A stretch of 64,000 bases of DNA, from contig OZ024747.1 of the NCBI GenBank assembly GCA_964016885.1, positions 85,870,001-85,934,000 on the forward strand, in the 5' to 3' direction. Shown here piece by piece: positions 58,098 through 64,000 of this stretch. Each line of letters starts with the position of its first letter. The first letter of the stretch is position 1. This stretch comes from Eledone cirrhosa. Taxonomy: Eukaryota. Below the pieces are notes generated by a model. It made no database searches, was not told the origin of the DNA, and was given only the letters and a program-made list of their open reading frames with translations. The position numbers and the translations under genes were made by a program.

Positions 58098-61000
58098 GAT
58101 ATATTTCTTTATTTGCCACAAGGGCGCACAAGAAAAGGGGACAAAACAAAGACACATGCCGGAGATTTTACATACAATCCTGTAAAAATATTGAAACAAA
58201 CAAATTAAACAATCGAAATCTCCAATAGGGGGGAGGTGCCACAAATGGGTTGTTTAATACCCCGTCGATAGAACAACCCTCAACTTCACGAGCGTGTTGT
58301 GAAAGTGCCCCTTTCTTCCTTTTGCTCTCTTTTTCAACCTACAGGCTTATAAACAGAGAAGGCCCAATCACTCGGGCCATTTTTGCCACATTCACCCACC
58401 TTTCAGTAAATTTACTGGGGTGCAGTGCCTCTCTCTCCACTCTGATTCTCCTTCTAAAGTGGTATCTAAAGAAGGGAATGTGTTGTTGTCCGGAGATAAA
58501 GGCATCTGTTCTCAGTCCTCTCAATCTCGTCCACCTTATAACCTCTTTCACCATAGCCACCGTACAGAGGAAAACCACCTCTCTTTCGTTTTTTTGAAAG
58601 AGGTTGGCGATTTGATCCTTACTATGGACTCGGCAGTCAAGCGGTAGTAGATGACGGACGCTATGAAGGTGTTCGCCACCCCCGCTCGACCTTTCAAGTA
58701 TAGTTTGCACTCTGACCACTTCTGGGTGAGAGCAAATACCTTGGCCGTGACCTCGTTCCAGTTTTTCTCCACCTGGAGGTCCGGACCGAACCAGACCTCG
58801 AGCAATTTCACCGGTTCGTCCGTCCAGCGTCCAACGACGCTGTCGGACGGCATCGTTTTGCCTCTCCATGTTCCGTATTGCAAACCGACAGACTTGTTCG
58901 GGTTCAGTTTTGCTCCTGTGAGCCTTTCGCATTCTTGCAGTAAGTTTCCCCGATTTCCGAGGTTTCCGACACCATTACTATCACGTCGTCAGCATAAACC
59001 GACACCGCTTTCCGCAGTCCCGGTTCCAACGGGATGCCCTGCAGCAGCTCCAACTTCCAGTAGTGGCTCTAGAGTCAGTACGTACATAATGGAGGAGAGA
59101 GGGAATCCCTGTCGGATGGAACGCGTGATTGTGAACGGTTCCAATAGGTAGTCGTTCCCCTTGACCATCGATCAGATATTGATGTGCATTGCGGCGATCC
59201 AGCCCCTGAAGACGAGTCCGAAACCGGCCACCTTGAGAACCGCTTCCAAGTATTGATGGTCGCCTTAGACTGATCTAAATTGATCAGAGCCCCACCGAAG
59301 CCGGGTTTACACCCCATCCTCTCTATGATATATCGCACGAGGTGGAGGTTGTCGTCTATGGACCTGGTCGAGATTGCACACGTTTGCGTTTTCACTACCA
59401 GGTTCTCGACGACAAGCGCCAACCTCGTTGCCGACACCTTGGCCAAAATATTTAACTGTGTGTTGAGCAGAGTTATTTATGGGCCTGAAGTTGTTAATTT
59501 CGTCCCCCTTGTTCTCGTCTTTCCTGATCAGCGTTACTACGCCCCTGCCTGCAGAACTGGGAATTTTCCCGTTCTGCTGCCAGTTGCAGTAGACGGCTTC
59601 GAGGACGCCAGAGAACAAGTCTGGCATGCCTATGTAAAACTCATAGGGTAGACTATCTAGACTGGGTGATTTGTGTTTCCCGCAGCGGCCCAGAGCGTCC
59701 CGTATCTCAGTGGCTGTGATCGGTCTTTCGCAGAACTCGGCGTCCATGCTCGAGAGATGCGGCAGGCCGTCGAGGTATGAACCGAAGTCCATTGCCGCGT
59801 TCGACGCACCGCCAATCTGCTCGAACAGTTGCGCAAAGTGCCGCTGAAATGCCGCGCACATCCGCTTGGGGTCAAGTAACGCGCGTCCATTTTGGCTGCT
59901 GCACGCCCCCCCCCTCTACTGGGACATGATCCTACATAGTCCCATCGTGCGTCTAGGATACCATTCCGGTCCCCCACTAAAAGCAAGGAGCGAGACGTTC
60001 CCAGAAAAGACTCTAGACGTTTAAAGAAGTCTGGCCCCGAATGCCCAGTCGAGGCATAAACGGCCACCAGTCTGAAGGCTCCACCTCCAAGACTGTTCAC
60101 GTCTAGGACTACCAGTCTACCCTCCGGGTCCAAGTGTACTTGCTGTATTTCGAGGTCCAGGTTTTTCCGAAACATGACAGCCACTCCCCCTCCACCTCCT
60201 GGCTGACAGAGAGATGCGTAGATCTCAAAGTCATTGAAGATGGGGGTTAGTTGCTGCCTGTTGTGGATCCTGGACTCGGTGATGGCTATCACATCCATAC
60301 CGTGTGACCTATATCCCTAGGCCATGCACATTCACACTTCCAACTCGTAAATTAGCCATGTTGGTGGAGAAGAGTTGGCGAAAAAGTACGAAAAGATGCA
60401 CTTACCTTTTCGTTTCCTGGAGATCGGGTTGTTCAATCTCCATTTGGGTGCTGGTGGGGGTGTTGAGTGGGATGGGGATACATTTTAATAGGACGCGGTT
60501 AATGGGCTTTTGACAGGGGTTGCTAACGTCCTGTGAAAATTGTTCTTTTAATTTCTGATAGGTTTCTATCGAAACCCTTATCAGTTTTAGGTGTGGTTGA
60601 GAGTCTGCCTTAACAAAAGTTTTCCCCTCAGTTTCTACTTTGGGGTCTTGGGAGATGACCTCCATTAGGTTTTTGTTGTTTGTGTTAATGTATGTGTATT
60701 GTTGTTTGTTTTTTTGTTATGTTGTTTTGGTTTGTTGTTCATTTTGTAGTTTCCTTTTTATGGTGGGCATTTGTGTTAGGGGTGGTGTTGGTGTTTGTTT
60801 TGCTGGTAGGGAGGGGGTTGATTGTGGTGGTGTTTGTTTTGTTGTTTGTGTTGGTGGTTGTGTGTTCGTGTTGGTGATTGTTGTTTTTGTGGCTTTGAGA
60901 TGTCTCTTTTTTCGTTTTTTTGATTTCCGAGGCTCTCCTTCATCTTCACTTGGGGATGGATCGTCATCAGGGGCGTATGGGAGGGGTATATTGTGTGGTG

Positions 61001-61363
61001 ATGGTGTGTTTGTGTGTGTGATAGTGGTAGTGTTGGATGGAGTGGGGTGGGGTGGGACTGTGTTTTTCAGAGGAATTGTTTGTTTTTTCTGTTGTTTGTG
61101 GTTGAGCAGTTGTTTTTTCAACGCTCCCATTTCCACTTATGGCGGGAAACGCTTCAATTTTATCATTCATAGTTATAAAAACAATTCCATATAAATTTTC
61201 GCCCCTGGGGGAGGGGGGGGGGGGCTAAAATTTCAATGACCCACCAACTGACAATTTAGTCGGAGGGTCAATCTATACAGTAGTATATTTTTTTAAACAA
61301 AAATGTTTGTTTTTTATAAGTAAAAAGACAAAAACTTACCAGCGCGACTGGCACACAACTTCC
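58098..61363 (-). mobile_element. Tx1/L1-clade LINE, both ends present but internally deleted
   Basis: ORF2 pieces with APE endonuclease and RT, ORF1-like low-complexity pieces at 60402-61170, 3' UTR shared with other copies. Confidence 0.85.
58339..60359 (-). pseudogene. Tx1/L1 ORF2 (APE endonuclease + RT), frameshifted and deleted
   Basis: MANLRVGSVNVHG, DVIAITES, GGVAV, LLLVGD, KSPSLDSLPYEFY, NFRPI, RSIDDN, NLDQSKA, QGFPLS, YADD region. Confidence 0.9.
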
Positions 61364-61385
61364 TCTATCTCAGATAGATAGATAG

Positions 61386-61725
61386 ACACAAACAATTACG
61401 CACAAACATACATACATACATACATACATACATACATACATACATACATACATACATACATACATACATAACATACATACATAACATACATAGATAACAT
61501 ATATACATAACATACACACATAACACATACATCCATACATACATACATACATACATACATACATACATACATACATACATACATACATACATAACATACA
61601 TACATACATAACATATATACATAACATACACACATAACATACCTACATAACATACATACATACATATGTTCATACATACATATGTTCATCCATCCATACA
61701 TAATACACATATACATACACAAATA
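61386..61725. repeat. (CATA)n microsatellite
   Basis: Seen directly. Confidence 0.95.
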
Positions 61726-61809
61726 GATGTACTACCCGGACACACACACAAGCACAGTCAGAGAGACGAACACATGTACAGAATTCCACAAACATACATA
61801 CAAGCACTT

Positions 61810-61878
<69 letters not shown>

Positions 61879-61921
61879 GAGAGAGAGTGAGTGAGAGAGA
61901 GAGAGGGGGTACAGATATATG

Positions 61922-61972
<51 letters not shown>

Positions 61973-62021
61973 GGACAGAGAGACAGAGAGGGAGAAAGGG
62001 AGAGAGAATGAGAGAGAGAGG

Positions 62022-62091
<70 letters not shown>

Positions 62092-62358
62092 TCCTCTTAC
62101 ACACAATTACAGACACATATACATAGCAAAGCAATATACACACACACAGACTTCCTGTGAGAGCTGACGGTATATAACCGATTAAAGCAGAATGCACCGA
62201 GTCACCTCGACGAGAGCGAACTAAATCGAATGTTGGTGGTGGGAAAAGGGGTGGGAAGGAGAGAAGATGAGAAACTGAAATAAATGGAAGGGGTAAAAGG
62301 AGGGAGGATGGGAAAAGGGTGTATAACATAGTTATCTGTGTCGTCATAGTGATTGTGC

Positions 62359-62450
<92 letters not shown>

Positions 62451-62489
62451 TGTATAGATCATTAAATAGTTATGTAGATAAATAGATAG

Positions 62490-64000
62490 ACACATATGTT
62501 TCTTTATTAGCCACAGGGGCACAAAAGAAGGGGACAAATACAAAGAGGGAAGTTTACATATAATAAAAACGTGTAAAATGTTATCACAAATGCAATTTGA
62601 AAATTAATCGATTTTCCCCAATAGGGGGAGACAGTTCATATGGGTAACCCATACCCCCGAAAAAATGTGCAACCGTCATCTCCAGGAGTACGAAGAGTTT
62701 GTACTCCTTTCCTCTCCTCCTCCTTTTCCTCAACCTACAGGCTGATATAGAGAGAAGGCCCATTCACTCGGGCCATTCTCGCTACTTTCACCCACCTTTC
62801 ATAAAACTTGCTGGAGTACAGCACCTCTCTCTCCATCCTGATTCTTCTTCCAAAGTGGTATTTGAAAAAAAGAATCAGTTGTTGGCCGGAGAGAAAGGTG
62901 TCTGACCTCAGCCCTTTTAACCTCGTCCACCATACAACCTCTTTCGCCATAGCTATCACACAAAGGAAAACCGCCTCTCCTTCGTTTTTGAAGGAGGGTG
63001 GCGGTTTGATCATGACAATGGACTCGGTGGTCAACCGGATTGGTCCCACCTGCGACAATAGTCGTTCTACATAGCCCCACAGGTCAGTAACGCCCGGGCA
63101 GTGTATGAATGCGTGCGCGACGGTTTCTTCGTCTCGCACGCATCTCGGACAGATCTTTTTCGAAGGGCCCCTGTCCGGGCGTCCATGTCTGTAGAGCTTG
63201 TCTCGAATTGGTTGGTAGAGCTCCTCGGTAGCACTGCCAGGCCAGGGACTTTTGGAAGTTGTTCATCGGTCCCGAGCGGAAGGTTCTACCGAACAGACTG
63301 GCCAGTTCGTCTTCCTCTACGCCTAGAGTTTCTCCGAGCGCGTCGTCGCAATTGCTGCGGATCAACCCACTATAAAATGACGAAGTGGAGTCTCCACTGG
63401 TCCGCCTGCCAGAGTACTGTGAGCGCCTGAGCACATTCGATGTGCCAGTCGCCCATTTTCCTCGGTCTTTGCTTGACCCAGGACTGTAGCTCAGTCAGCG
63501 AGACGAGTCGTGGGAAGGCTCGCCTCACGAACGGGGCCCACACCGGTTGTCCGGTGAGGAATACGTATAGATGCCGCAGCCTGAGCGCGTGTTTGCGCAT
63601 CGTCAGCCACGACACCCCAGCCCTCCGTTGGAAGGGTGTTGTCAGCAGATGGATCTTCTCACCAAAGGAGCCCGCTTCTTCCAAAGGAATTGGAAGAGTG
63701 CGCACTCCATTTTGGTGAGCGTTTTAGCTGGACAAGGCACGACGGTCAAGCGGTAGTAGATGACGGACGCTATAAAAGTGTTCGCCACCTCCGCTCGACC
63801 TTTCAAGGATAGTTTGCACTCGGCCCACTTCTGGGTGAGTGCAAACACCATGGCCGTCACCTCGTTCCAGTTATTCTCCACCTGGAGGTCCGGACCAAAC
63901 TAGATCCCGAGCGTCTTCACCGGTCTTTCCGTCCAGCGTCCGACGACGCCATCGGAAGGCATCGATTTGCCTCTCCACGATCCGAGTTGCAAACCGATGG
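62490..64000 (-). mobile_element. Second Tx1/L1-clade LINE copy, 3' half (runs off window)
   Basis: LSLKGRAEVANTFIAS, C..C..DEETVAHAFIHC zinc knuckle, stop at 62735, shared 3' UTR; frameshifts. Confidence 0.9.

Overview
Gene-poor, microsatellite-saturated animal DNA, probably from an octopod cephalopod (inferred from the Meta-domain tRNA-SINE, extreme (TA)n/(CA)n/(GA)n load and TTAGGG repeats). No intact host gene is supported and nearly all listed ORFs are repeat artefacts. Recognisable parts: about a dozen copies of one tRNA-SINE; decayed LINEs (two Tx1/L1 copies, RTE pieces, an R4/Dong-type piece, CRE pieces); a Ty3/Gypsy RT fragment; three minisatellites; and a ~2 kb degenerate (TTAGGG)n array. 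The main hidden signal is non-coding. More than ten unrelated short families sitting in (TA)n tracts carry type-I hammerhead ribozyme (HHR) folds (stem I-CUGANGA-stem II-GAAA-stem III-NUH-stem I), often as head-to-head foldback pairs. The best case is a near-identical 310-bp, highly self-complementary HHR monomer repeated ~3.9x and then ~2.3x inverted (31503-33411), a retrozyme/Penelope-pLTR-like element. Folds were read by eye and none is experimentally tested.
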